DNA from: Balanoglossus misakiensis | Lineage: Eukaryota > Animalia > Hemichordata | Direction of reading: 5' to 3' | NCBI GenBank assembly: GCA_040954595.2 | Contig: CM082596.2 | Span: forward strand, 3,145,039 to 3,209,038 | DNA length: 64,000 nucleotides | In this document: positions 27,037-49,652 of the stretch, piece by piece | Numbering within the stretch: position 1 is the stretch's first letter | Layout of the letters: each line of letters begins with the position of its first letter | Translations under genes and position numbers: made by a program | Notes under the pieces: generated by a model | Told to the model about the DNA's origin: nothing | The model's input: only the letters and a program-made list of their open reading frames with translations | Database searches by the model: none

Positions 27037-29253
27037 ATGGAGACGAACACTGCCAATCAAGCGAGTAATAAGTCAACTGGGAGTAATGAGGAAATGAAGA
27101 TCTCTGTGGGACGTGAGGAATTGAAACAGACCGTGTGTCTGCTGGCCTGCAGTCTCGGCGAGAGTGAAGTCAACAAAAAAGATGAAGCCATACTTGACGC
27201 TATTCACAGACTTAATCGTATTATAACTCAGGGAGACAAAATGATTCAGTTTGCTTCACCGTCCCAGCCGGGGCCTTCACCTCAAGAGAGCGACGGGCCG
27301 AAGCCGGAGACCGACGTCCCAACGGACAGTCCGATGAGCGACATGACAGCCGACGAGTTGTCAGGGCAACTGCAGAATCCCGCCCGTCCTGGGGTCACTA
27401 TGGTAACCAAAAACGGAGAGATAATGGAGGAGATGCTTCTGGAATGCTATAATGGATCGGACGACACCGACTTGGAGGACTATTATGGGGTACAACCTGA
27501 GAGTCGGGAGAGTCTGACGGCGCAACAGAGCAAGCTGTCACACAGCATCAACTTGCCACCGACTATGAGTAACGGCATCGGATTGACAAGGGGAATGGTG
27601 AGCGGGATCATGCATCCCCTCAAGATGTCCAGCCTGTCACGGAGGAAACACGAGAGACAGACTTTCACGTGTTACAAGTGCAAGGAGAGGATTGTCTGCG
27701 TGACAAACTTTGAGAAGCACATGATGGAGGCTCACAACATCGGAAAGCCCTGGGAGTGTCGCTTCTGTCCCGGTAGGCGCTTCCACCGACTCATTCTGCT
27801 GGAGCACCACTACAACACCATGCACAAGAACAATGGGGAGGGGCGTCGCAAGTACACCCAGAGGCAGTTCATTTGCGACGTCTGCCACGAGGTCGTCACG
27901 TACGTGTCCAAGTTCGAGGCCCACATGCTGGAGAAGCACGGCGTACGGAAGCCGTGGAGGTGCGATCAGTGCGTGAACTACGCGGCCGCCACCTACCACC
28001 TCTACATGTGGCACGTCCAACAGTACCACCCGAACATCACCAAGCACCACCTGGAGATCAGCACCGTGGTGAACAACACCGTCAACATCAACAGTACTGG
28101 ACCTCAGAGCCTGGTCGCCGCCGCCCCCGTGCTGGTCCCGCAGCGTCCCACCCTCCCCGTCACCCTGCCGGCCAACCAGCCGCGCAGTGTCGAAAGTGAA
28201 GCCAAGAACACCGAAGAAGCCGTGATGAAGAGTGCAGACAACATGCCTGGCAGTGCATCGTTGGAAACAGTTTCCGGAGAAGAAAAGGGGTCAGAGATCA
28301 AAGATGCTAAAGTCGTGCTTGCGGAGCCAGTGCTGCTTGCAGCCTCAGTGGCTCAACCACAGGTTCCTCAGGATGAGGAAAAGAATGACGGCGAAGAAGA
28401 TGAAGAAGAAGACGAAGAAGATGAGGGTGAAGGCGAACTGATGATTGCTGAAGATAAAGAGATGGATTTTGCAGACCCAGAGAGACCAGATGATGAGATG
28501 CCCATGATGAAAACCGAGGCAACAGAGACTTCCATGCCACAGAGTCAGAGTCTTGAAAAGATTGAACTGAATGAATGCAGTCCGCAAAACCTGGTTGTCA
28601 AACGGGAACCCAACTGGGAGGATGAAGCCAGCGAGGACTCTGGTTGCCAGGGGGAGGAAAATAACCCCGGCGACGGGGCTAATGGCAACCACGCGGTGCC
28701 GAGAAGAAGCTCGGTGGAGCTGGAGATGGAGGACAGTCAAGACGAGAACCGGATGGCGTTCATGCCGAACTACCCGCGGAAGTACACCATACGGCGGTTC
28801 ATCTGTGAACTGTGCGGCGTGGAGATCCGACACACGGCCAAGTACGAGCGTCACATGTTCGAGATGCACAACGTCACCATGCCCTACAAGTGTAACAAGT
28901 GCTCAGGGAAACGCTTCATGAGGCTCATCCAGCTGCAGGTGCACGAGGACAAGATGCACAGCCACAAACCGGTGGAGACGCGCCGCAAGTGGACGCAGCG
29001 CCAGTTCCAGTGCCCCATCTGCCGCGAGAAGATCACCTACGTGGCCAAGTACCAGCAGCACATGATCCTGGAGCACGGCGTCATGCGCATGTTCGACTGT
29101 CGCGTCTGCGGCCACGCCATGGGACACTATCACCAGTACCAGGATCACATGAGAACATATCATCCCAACGCCAGCGTCCGTCACTACTCGGAGACAGAGT
29201 CGCTCACTAACAGCGGCAGTGCTACGGGTCAAAATAGCGACGATGGCACTTAA
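27037..29253 (+). CDS. C2H2 zinc-finger protein, 738 aa, 8 fingers in two clusters, single coding exon
   Basis: Long ORF with Kozak context gccATGG, downstream of the acceptor at 26960. Eight CxxC...HxxxxH motifs (e.g. FTCYKC...FEKHMMEAH, WECRFC...LEHHYNTMH, FICDVC...EAHMLEKH, FQCPIC...QQHMILEH) separated by an acidic low-complexity linker. Confidence 0.93.
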   Translation: METNTANQASNKSTGSNEEMKISVGREELKQTVCLLACSLGESEVNKKDEAILDAIHRLNRIITQGDKMIQFASPSQPGPSPQESDGPKPETDVPTDSPMSDMTADELSGQLQNPARPGVTMVTKNGEIMEEMLLECYNGSDDTDLEDYYGVQPESRESLTAQQSKLSHSINLPPTMSNGIGLTRGMVSGIMHPLKMSSLSRRKHERQTFTCYKCKERIVCVTNFEKHMMEAHNIGKPWECRFCPGRRFHRLILLEHHYNTMHKNNGEGRRKYTQRQFICDVCHEVVTYVSKFEAHMLEKHGVRKPWRCDQCVNYAAATYHLYMWHVQQYHPNITKHHLEISTVVNNTVNINSTGPQSLVAAAPVLVPQRPTLPVTLPANQPRSVESEAKNTEEAVMKSADNMPGSASLETVSGEEKGSEIKDAKVVLAEPVLLAASVAQPQVPQDEEKNDGEEDEEEDEEDEGEGELMIAEDKEMDFADPERPDDEMPMMKTEATETSMPQSQSLEKIELNECSPQNLVVKREPNWEDEASEDSGCQGEENNPGDGANGNHAVPRRSSVELEMEDSQDENRMAFMPNYPRKYTIRRFICELCGVEIRHTAKYERHMFEMHNVTMPYKCNKCSGKRFMRLIQLQVHEDKMHSHKPVETRRKWTQRQFQCPICREKITYVAKYQQHMILEHGVMRMFDCRVCGHAMGHYHQYQDHMRTYHPNASVRHYSETESLTNSGSATGQNSDDGT

Positions 29254-32200
29254 ATCGAAAATCAAGCAAGGAAGTAGAAACCAAGAAAATATCTCAAAAC
29301 TCCAAAAATTTAAAACCGAACACAAATAGTTGCATATCAGACAAATATTGAACTTTTATGGTATTCTGGTTTTTTTTATCTGAGAACATTTTCCTATGCT
29401 GCAGACACTGGATTATAACAGTATGGCCACAGCATCTTGTATATGAGAATTATATTTTGTCAAAACCTCGCATTCAGGTGGAATTATTTATAGAGGTCGA
29501 GGGCAATATTTAAGACCAAAAGTCAGACTGAGTGCATTCTCAATTTTGTCACAGGTTCTGAACATCTCATAGGCCAGTGTCTGATGGCAGACATTAACAG
29601 GTTTGTCCCCCAAGTGGCCTATTTCAGATAGATTGGACTTCTTGTGGCTGATCAGGAGAAATTAACTCTTCCTTCTCATAAAAAAACAAGAGAAACCTGG
29701 TGAAGTGGATAGATCACTGATCAAAAAACTTATTATTAAGTTTTCATATTTTGCCCAATTAATTACCCTCATGGAAAAGAGTACCCATGCAAGTGTGGTT
29801 GGTGATGATGTGGTTTCCATCAAATATGCCATGAAGGTGTTTTACGATCAGGTCTGTTCATCATGCACTCTGTATGATAAACATTGTCACGTTTCATATT
29901 ATTTAATACTTCTGTGAAGTTTATTTCCTTGCAGAATCATTTTGACCTTTTCCACACAAACCTTTGACCCATAAAAAAGACCTCTTCCTTTTATTTTTGG
30001 TAAAATCCTACTTTCAGAGTTTTTTCATAATTTATCACATTTGTTTTATACTTTTATCTTTCAATTCTTGTAACCAAGATTTGAAATTTAATTACAGAAT
30101 AATTTACGAACTGTTGGCGCAATTATAAATCCTATGTTTTCTGATCCCAATTTTCAAAACATGCTGCACTTTCACAGTCATTTGGATTCTTTCAGTCCAC
30201 ATTTGTCTTCTTTTTCGGAAAAAAAAGTCTTCTATTATAATCGTAGCGGTAAATTGTAGCGTGAATAGTCAATTTGAACCGTGTGAGTGTGAAAAGCTGG
30301 ATTGTCGTGATTTCAGTAGAGCAGTGTCAATGAAGTTACATGGACAAATCTTTGATGTTTTACTCGTAAAAAAGTACTATTAGTGTTTTGTCTGTATCAG
30401 TAGGGATAGTGTGCCACTTTCTCGCGGCACAGAATTATGTAAACCACACCGCATTTAGTCTGGAATGTTTAATTAACCCTGTGAATTGCCATTGGTTCAA
30501 TTTAATCATGTGGTCTCCAAGTCTGTATTCTGATTGGTGTGTTACTTGAATGTGTTAATTAGACACTGTAATCTCTAGCATCTTATTGGCCAGATCCATA
30601 ACGACATATAAGGTGTGATAAAATATAAGATGTATATTTCCTAAGACAGGAGTTTGTGTGATATTTAACTCCTTGACTAAATTTACCTCAGTTTTCCACA
30701 AAAAAGAGAGAGATGGAGACAGTACTTTCTTCATCTATTTATATGTCTATCTTTATGTTCATAATATCACTATGAACAATAGATGTTTTAAGTCTATATA
30801 GTCTTTCAAATATTTAATCTTAGATATCTATACATTTTGTGACTTTTGTAACGTGTTCATATACTGGTATATCCCAAGGTTTGTTCCTAGAGAAATATTA
30901 CCGCACCTTTGTGTTGTACAGCTTGTTTTGTAAAGGACTCTGCTTTTGCGGTATTTCTTTTTTTCGGGACTGCATCATTACACGTGCATTGCAGCTGAGC
31001 TTTGAGTTTTTCTGATGATTGGGAACAGACGGATGTTCGGTCACATATGTCCTCTCATGATTTATGGTGTTTTCATGTAGACATTGGCTCATCAGACAGC
31101 TGTTATCTGTTCCTAAAAGCATACAATTTTCAGACAGAATCACTCGTAAAAGTTTATACTTTAGTGAGGGTGGCATGACATCATGCGCCTTTTGTCTGTG
31201 TTCATGTTTCAAGGCAGAGATCTGTAGTTCTGTATCCAGACAGTTGATAGTATCTATCAGTGATTGGTCGAGAACCACCACAAAATTTACAGGCATGTAT
31301 CTATCTGTGATTGGTGAAGAACTGTCACATGGCATATCACCATGACGATATATGCATGTCAGTATGGTCCATTCACAGTTTCAAACATGTGCACTGTGAA
31401 CAAAACTTTAATATAACTGTGAAATTCATGTATGTAATTCTACCTTTTACATATGAGAAACCAAAAGGAATGTTCAGAGCTCAGCTACAACTGCACTTAG
31501 GGTTTAATTAATACCTGGCCTGATGGGTAGGGGCCCAGGTCTTGAGTACTGTATCACAGGGACCTATCTAACATGCTTCTTATACCCTGCCCCCAAACAG
31601 TGACAAACACAACACTTATGAATAGACTGTGACTTATTAGATCTATTGATATGAATGTGGAAAAGGAAAGGTATTTCATGGAAAGCCTTGACATTTCCTC
31701 CTACAAAATATTTGAAATTGTAACCCGATGAACCTGCATAATATTTATTACAGTTGATGAATCTGTTCATGGGTCACCTAGAGAAATGGGTTTATAGTCA
31801 TCACGATTAACATGTCAAGTTGGATTTGCATTCATGGCAAGATATCTCGCTTGTGATGATAGGGATCTAATAATATTGTAAATCACGAGTCACTTTTATA
31901 TTAAAAAGTGTCGCGTTTGTCACGTTTGGTGGTGCGTTCCCACAAATCAAACTGCAGACTCCACGGCCCTCGTTTTCTAGCAGATTGGCAAGCCGAGTGG
32001 AAAATAACTTTCGTCCAAAAAATGCTGGCATTAGCTGTATTGCAAGGCGATGGTGAATTTGATAAGTGATGATCTCTTGACAGGGGGCAATAATTCTTAC
32101 TACATAAGGGGGAGGTTTCACTGCAGTCAGAGAGATCTATGTCATCGGAGGTTTTTTTGTGACCTCTTGCAAAACAGTGGGTTGTCTCCATCTTTGTAAT

Positions 32201-35200
32201 GATTCATAAAACACACAACCATAGCATAGGAGATGATAAATTTAGATATAAAAAACATTACATTGCTCTGACGAAAGTAAGAAAATTTTATCTTAATTTT
32301 CCACCCAGTTGTCTGGTGTCTCAATTCAAGAGATATTTTAAATGTGTTTTCTGTTGTGATAATAGCTTTGCGAACAAAATGGTATCGTAGTCAGATAGCG
32401 TTGTTAATGAGCACAGTTTACAGCCACATAAATCTTGCCCTGTTGCCATGGCAGCAAGTGCAGTATCTTTGTGCGTGGGTTAATGGTTGTGTTAACTGTA
32501 TGTGGAAAGTCTTGAGGAAAAGAAGTTGTCTTATGCTGCAACATGATTTAGATTTGGGGCATGCCAACCCCTGTTGTAATGATTTAGAGCAGATGAATTT
32601 TGCAGAGCACCTTTGAAGAAAATCAGTCATCCATATTTCTTCCGGCTAGGATATTAAAATGGTTCAAACAAATTGCAGAATAGAAATTCTATAAATACAT
32701 GACATAAGGTCATGTTCTTTGCTGGATAGATACAATTGCCATTTTTCATGAAATGAACCTGTTTTCACCCATCGCACATACATACTGTGCTTGCTGTCTC
32801 TCACATTGAAATAAAAAAATAATAATAAAAAAACACCCTGAATGTACAGTTAATTAGTAACCATTGTCTTTGCCATCAAGTTGATGTATTTATTTAATTA
32901 CTGAGTGTAATGTAATTGATGTTGGCAGTATATATGTTATTGTACAAAACACAACTAAGTTATTGAAAAATTTAATAGATATAGAACCAAGAGTCTGTTA
33001 TTGTCAAATTTTAATTTACATTTTGTACTAGTGCCATGTATTTTAACAATATTTATAACTCAATTTATACTTATAGTGGTTGGACTATTTATTTGATATT
33101 TATATGGTTTCTTCAATGTTTTAGGACCATTTATTCTGTCTCACTTCATATATATACTGGTACATAACCAAGAATGCCATATGTAAAGCTGCATTGACTG
33201 TATACAGTACATACTTGAGTTTGCTTTGTGTAATCTTTCAAAAGCGTTTTTAAGGTCCTTATTTCAGTGATGCATAGAATGATCTGTGCGCATCTTCCAT
33301 GAACCTTTGTGTGGATTCCAAGCCTGTGGGATTGTGTACTTTTCCGAGTGGCATGCTTCTTCTCACTTCAGTGGGAAAGAAATCATGCGGAAAAATCGCT
33401 GGAGTTAGGTGATGTGTACACGCGAGCAGTCTGGATCGAGGGCATGGTGAACTTGTCAAACATTCTGATTTCTTGCATGATTGATGGCCGTAGGAAATGA
33501 AAGTGGCCGTAGTGACTTTTAAATTGGAAAGAGTTAGTGGCGTGGAACGAATTTTGTTTTCCATCAAGGGAGGATGATGGCAATCGAAGCTTCAGAGGCA
33601 CAATATTCGATTAGAAAACAGAAAGTAGGTGGCCACTGCAACAGGCAATGTATATGATTGTGCTTGACTTGTTAGAACTGTTTCACCACCCTCTTTTGGT
33701 CTCTGGTTTGAAGTTTAGAACTGGGCCTCTCAGATCATTCGGATGCCTTCTTAGAATTTAGCAAGACATGGCTTGGAACTCCAAAGGTTCATGAGAAGTC
33801 TAACTTTGCAGATAAAGACAGGAAAGCTTAGTTTTATTCCCAGTGTAATGTACAGAATGCCATGGCAGTTTTGGGCTGTTGCAACTATCTTTCACATACA
33901 TGTATCTGTGGTAAAAAAGCTCACTGTTTGTATTTATCTACCAGATGGGATTGATGAATGTCCACGAGATAAATTCAAGAAATCCTTAACCCCAGGAAAA
34001 AAATCATAAAATACTTTAACAGCACGTTTTTGTGAGAGTTCAACTATACTGGTTACCACTGTGCGTGGTATTTGCCAACTTTAAATCTCATTAATCAGAG
34101 ACAAGAGGTAAAACATACCCATAAATTGCACATCTCGAAACATTTTTGACTGCATATTTTGTATGATTTATAGTAATACAAAAATGTATCTGTTCAAGTT
34201 ATTCATGTGAAGTCTTAAACACATTTCCATGCAGACAGAACACTTTGAAATTTGAAGTTAAGTCTGGAAAATTCAGATTGACACCACTTGCTGTGATTTT
34301 CTTGCTTGTAATGTGAAAGATGATGCAACAGCCCAGATTCTGTGTCTCATTAAGTAACTTAGAGTAATACATGTGCCTATTGCAAAGTCAAGTCCATTAG
34401 ATTGCAATAGGCACATGTGAATACTCACAGAACGTGCATTCTTGTGAGCATTATCGCGTCTTTGAGAACACCACAAAATGTATACATTATGCTGCTTTTT
34501 AATGTTTTAAAATGAGTAGTACTTTCTGAGAACAACTCCTTCCACCAGTCGGAATCTTTTTACAAATTCTCTTGCGGTCTGATTGACAAAGCCCCTGGAC
34601 TCTGTGATTTTGATGCAATAACAGGTTCTGTTATTAGCAAAGTTTCATTTAAACAATGAATTGACTTTTTCACTTTAGCAGTATAGAATATAAGAATCTC
34701 CATGATATTCTCATCCCCCTCAGATATACAGTGTTCACCAAAGCAACCATGATAATTATTGCCTGAGCCACGATTATTATGTGGCTATGCAGCTCAGGTG
34801 CAGGGAGAAGTTTGCTTTGGAAGCCTTGATCCACAGATTACAAAAATAACCGTCCATCACAAGAAAAAGAATCAGTTAAAGTCAAAATTTCAGAGTATCG
34901 TCTCACTAGAATTGAGCATCATATTCTTCAGGGGCTCTTTATATTTTTTTTCTGTCCAGAGTGAGAAACAAGTTTGCAGGAATGGAAGTTTTGTCAAACA
35001 GATTATAGATGTTTTAGTAGTTCTAGAGCTTCCAACTATATTTATTTGATGTGTTTTGTAATTTGGTAACAAACGTATCATTTACCAGAATTGACTGCGA
35101 GATAATATTATACCAGATAATTCATGGGTCTTTCCATATCACTCTGTCATTTTGAACTGATTAGTCAAATCATCCTTTAATATTTGGAACAGTCTTTAAG

Positions 35201-35295
35201 TCCCTGTTTCATCACATCAGCCCAGAAAATCCTGACTGTATCCATTACATGTATTTTTTTTTAAGTTTAAAAGTTTTTCTCTGCTTCCAGATTAA

Positions 35296-35352
35296 GCATC
35301 GCCCTCTAGAGTCAAGTTCGTATTTGTAAGTGTGTCCTCTAGAGGGCGATGC
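35296..35352. repeat. 16-bp inverted repeat whose arms resemble CTCF core motifs
   Basis: gcatcgccctctagag (35296-35311) and ctctagagggcgatgc (35337-35352) are exact reverse complements. The CTCF resemblance is by eye only. Confidence 0.6.
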
Positions 35353-35616
35353 CATGTTCAGTGCATTCGCTTCCAAGTTTTGTTACCTTAATACATGAAG
35401 TTGAAATTTCCCAAACTCATACATGAAGATATTTTTATTCAGTTGTTTTCTTTTATGTTTGTATTTCACATCAGATTGATTTCCTGTCAACCGTCAGCAT
35501 GATGAATGTTGTGACTAGTTGATTGTGCAATTTCTACTTTCGATTACATGCATTGTCAAGTATGGATGGATTTTTATCAATAAACAAACTCAGTATACAC
35601 CACACAAAAATCTATT

Positions 35617-35998
35617 GAGGTTCTTACGTTTTACAGCCCAAAAAGTTAAAAAAATAATTGAGGTTCTAGCTTACAAAGTCATAGTTTTAGTTGATGCGAT
35701 GATAATTTGTCATTTTTAATTAACAGTTATCGTAATTTATCTCTCCGATATCATCAAGGTTCTTAAATACGATTTTATACGCGTGGCCGAGGTTCTTAAC
35801 AAAAGTCGAGGTTCTTACGTTTTACAGCCCAAAAAGTTTACAAAGTCTTAATTACCGAAAAATCGTGGTTCTTACGTTATTCAGCCTACAAAGTCAAAAA
35901 TTTTCAAGGTTCTAGCTTACAAAGTCATAGTTTTAGTCGATGCGATGATAATTTCCCATTATTAATTAACAGTTATCGTAATTTATCTCTCCGATATC
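35617..35998. repeat. Imperfect tandem duplication directly upstream of PTPN23
   Basis: gaggttcttacgttttacagcccaaaaagtt occurs at ~35617 and ~35808. A ~90-bp block aggttctagcttacaaagtcatag...ctccgatatc occurs at ~35661-35751 and ~35907-35998. Confidence 0.85.
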
Positions 35999-36000
35999 TC

Positions 36001-36032
<32 letters not shown>

Positions 36033-36094
36033 CCTTCGAACTCTCTCTACTTCACTCTCGAATTTTCTCACGGGAAGGTTACCCATGACGTCAT
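36001..36094 (+). promoter_or_regulatory. PTPN23 proximal promoter: (GAT)10 tract and full CRE palindrome
   Basis: (GAT)10 at 36001-36030; ATGACGTCAT at 36085-36094, about 25 bp upstream of the ATG. Confidence 0.5.
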
Positions 36095-36118
36095 TCCGCG
36101 AGACTTCAACCAACCAAG

Positions 36119-46023
<9,905 letters not shown>

Positions 46024-47608
46024 ACTTACCATTCATTCTATTATAATTGTGAGTAACCCCCACTTTTATATTCTCTTTACAAGAACCCTGGAAATTTACA
46101 TTATATTAAACAAAATTCTAGGGACAGATGAATTTATGCATTACAAAAAAATAGATTTTTTTAAAGCGTAATTATTCGTTGAGCAAATTGAAAATGATTT
46201 ACATATACCTACTGACAATTAATCACCAGAATTTAGAAAAATCACCTTTATTTTGTTGCTTGTAACTTTGCGTACACAAGTTGAATCTATGGTTCTGTAA
46301 AGCGAAGCATTAGTCACAAGATACTTGCAGCTTAATATTCTCCAGAACAAAATGATATCTCATACTTATCCATGACACGCCATAGAAGACTAACTTATAC
46401 ATATGAACGCTTAAAATTACAAGGCCACCTATGCAAATCTAGCCACGCAAGGATAGTTGAGCTCTTGCCAATCACAGATTTTCTATTGTGGCCATGTGAA
46501 AAAGTGCTCCACCACAGTGTGATTGGTGCCCTCTTGATAAAAAAGATCTAGACACTCATGGTATCAGATTATTTTCATTTTATATTTTATATGTTTATTG
46601 AAATTTGATTTTTGTATACTCAGTATTTTTTGCTGTGTTAGCCTTGTTTAGCATCAAACTGCAATTTATGATTTTGATCAAGATACTGGGCGCTATCTCA
46701 AATCAAGAAGTCCCAAAATTTTAACCAGACATGATAAAAAATATGTGGCTCCCATATTCAAGAAGACAGGATTGTGACTACCATATACAAGTTAGAATGA
46801 AAACTAAAACGTAGTTTGAAAAATACCGAGTTTCTTATTATTTGGCATTACATTTATGCATGTAAGTACTTAAATTGTAACTCAGCATAAGTTTTTTACT
46901 GGTGGGTTATAATCTTTGATCATTATGCCATGTTCTCCTTTTGTGTGGGTCCAGTTATGGCTAATATTTTGCTTTATGTTATAAACATCACTAGTGAAAC
47001 AAAAAATCACTACTTTTAAATGGATGTATTCTGGTCGTCGGAACAACTATTTATTTGTTTGTTTACCTTAGTGATGACGTGTAGTCAGAATAAATGTCAC
47101 TAGTTGGTGATGGCATGAAAGGGTCATGCTTCTCTCAGCATTCTCCAACCAGATTTGGATTCCGGATTGAATGTCACAGGCAAACACTAATGCAATGATT
47201 TTCATCTTTACCAAAAGTCATTTCTTCCCAAAATGTGTAAATACCAAAGAGCACTTGGAACTCTTCTATATTGTGACATTATTGCTGTACGTGCTTGTAA
47301 TATGTACATGGCATAACTGGATGTCAACAAATTTTCAAATAACTGTTCTATGAGAAGAGTTATTCTTCAACCATTAAAATAATCCATTCAAATTAAATAG
47401 CATATGTCTAGTTCACAGCACTTTTTCCTCTATCTACATAACTTTTATGTAAATAACACTCTTTTTTGGATGTCTGTACTTGTTATTAGAAAACCAGTCT
47501 GAAGTAGTGACATTTGTTTCTATGTGCAGTCACAATTTGTTTGCTCCTATAACATCTTGCGTACTTCTGTGAAAACGTGCAATATGTATTTCCTAATTAC
47601 TATATGAT

Positions 47609-47625
47609 AATAAAGTCTTAATAAA
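47609..47625 (+). terminator. Tandem AATAAA polyadenylation signals, probable end of the PTPN23 3' UTR
   Basis: AATAAA at 47609-47614 and 47620-47625, followed by a GT/T-rich stretch (~47655-47665). This gives a ~1.6 kb UTR ending close to the convergent gene's stop at 47717. Confidence 0.6.
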
Positions 47626-47716
47626 AAAGATATGAATCCTTACTGAAGTTACATTGTCTTTTTTATGAAATGCATAACATTTTTGGGATGAAACGTTATA
47701 ATAACAATCCCTGCGT

Positions 47717-49652
47717 TTACTCCACAAATTCGTCAGGTTCATCGAAGTATAAATCATATCTCAAAGTCGATTGCAAAACTGGAGTCAGTTCAATCCCATG
47801 TCGGACTCCCAGTTGGGCTATTTTTCTTTTTATTTCTTCATTCGCCTTTGTGAGAATATCCAACATATGAAACCTGCCACACAATCTCTCCAGAGCCTGG
47901 ATAACTGTCCGCAAATAGCTAATTGAGCGCCCCCTAGAGCCAGTTTCACGTGGTAAGTGCGCATAGCCGAGGAGAAAATCAGCCTCGTTCGGGATGACGT
48001 CTATAGATGTCATCAGAGTTAGTAAGTCGTCATCTGCTGGTGTAACCGATGACGGTTCTCCGCGGGGCCCGTAATCGTCAATCGGACGTGTCTCTACCAG
48101 AAAGACCTTTGGTTTTCCGGCCAAATTTGTGGAATTCGCCTCGGCGAATATTTCCGTGAGATTCCGAAAACTGACGCCTACTCCATCCACGCCCATCAGT
48201 CGGCCAAAAGTTCCTTGGGAGAGGATGCATACGAGAAGGCAGTCGTGGAAAGAGTGGTCTTCGAGATTCAAGTTTCTCAACGAGCCGATCAGATCCAGCG
48301 ATGTTAAGTTTTTCATCACTCTGACGCTGAAGCCCATGCTGGAAAGTATACTGCGAATAATGCCTGAAATAAATGAAAACAATGTAATGTACAAAACACG
48401 AGTTACATCTGCCCCCTCTCCATCTACATCTCCACATGCGCATATTGAACAAAGTCTGCAAAAAGTCATGCTAAACGTATAATAGACTCGCAAAAATAAC
48501 GCGATTTCATACACAGAACACGCCTGCTTATTTAGAACATGTACATGAACTTTAATACACACTCAAACTGTGAGTACTTTAGGCCTTAGAGATGTACGTA
48601 GCCTGGGCCTCCGGGGATTGTGGAGTTAAAGGTCAATGACCTGACGTGACCTTACACCCCATAAACACCGTCACGTGATCACTTCTGCAGACATACACGT
48701 CCCTGCAAAGTTGCTTGTTTTCACATACAAGTCCGTGGTACTCACCTAATTCGGACCGGAAGACATCACCGCTAGACTTGGCATCAGATTCACTGTCATA
48801 TTCGTAATTATAGACTATCACAGCCGCGCCACACGGATGGCTGTCCATCGTATAGCACGGAACTTGGGAACCGGACTGCCATTCTCGCATCTCCATTCTC
48901 CCGTTCTTCGTCCGAGCTGAGTCGACCGTCCGTTCCAGTTTTTGGATCGCTGGAATCCCCTTCTGTATCGCGTCTTGATACTCCGTGATAAGCAAGTTCT
49001 CTTCGAAGTGGACATCTTTCAAGCCGCCCAAGTTACTGCACAGAGAAGCAGGTAAGATCCTCAAACGATTTTCTTCCACGCGAAGTTCTTCTAGCCCTTT
49101 CATTTCCCCCAGCGTGTACGGGAGCCAGTCCAACTTATTGTTGTTCAGCCACAATACCTTCAGGTTCTTCATTTTTCCAATTCCCCTCGGTAAACTGGTT
49201 AGTCCGTTGTTGCTCAGGAATAGCTTTTCCAGCCCTTGCATGTCGGTGCTCAGCAGGCTGTCGGGGAATTCTGTGAACTTGTTGTCTGATACGTCCAGGT
49301 AACGGAGTTTTGATAACCGACCTATCGAAGCTGGTAGCGTCTTCAGCCTATTGGTCCCCAAGTAAAGCCTCACCAGTTCCCCCAGTCCCGAAACGACGTC
49401 GGGAAATTCCTCAAAGTGATTGTTTTCCAAGAATAACCATCTCAGTTTGTCTAGTTTGGATACGTCACTGGGAAGTGATTTTAAGCGATTGACGTTCAAG
49501 TTCATCCACTGTAGTTCTGTCAGGGTGCACACCTGTAGTGGTAGGCTTGTGAGGTTACGGTAATTCAGATCCACGCGGAGATCGTACGCTTTTCCCCGGT
49601 AAGGGTTGATGTTCAGAGCCGTCAGTTCTCGCTCTATCTTAGCCTTGGTCAT
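47717..49652 (-). CDS. LRR-caspase fusion protein with a catalytically dead caspase-8-like domain, ~517 aa, 2 coding exons
   Basis: Exons 49652-48746 (donor G|GTGAGT) and 48363-47717 (acceptor atttcag) join in frame. The N-terminus has about 8-9 LxxLxLxxNxLxxLP repeats. The C-terminus has caspase motifs YTMDSHPCGAAVIVYN, MGFSVRVMKNLT, DCLLVCILSQG, LAGKPKVFLVETR, IPNEADFLLG and STLRYDLYF. A short upstream exon near 50010-50050 is possible. Confidence 0.9.

Noticed and set aside
27483-29325. Overlapping ORFs on both strands of the zinc-finger CDS
   Set aside because: Expected from GC3-rich coding sequence; no independent motifs.
29705-35081. Short ORFs downstream of the zinc-finger gene (e.g. 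30898..31335, 33259..33567)
   Set aside because: AT-rich 3'UTR/intergenic sequence with no recognisable domain, codon bias or consistent splice structure.
35617-35998. Possible CRISPR-like repeat-spacer array
   Set aside because: Only 2-4 irregular, nested copies with no unique spacers and no cas genes; it is an imperfect tandem duplication in a eukaryote.
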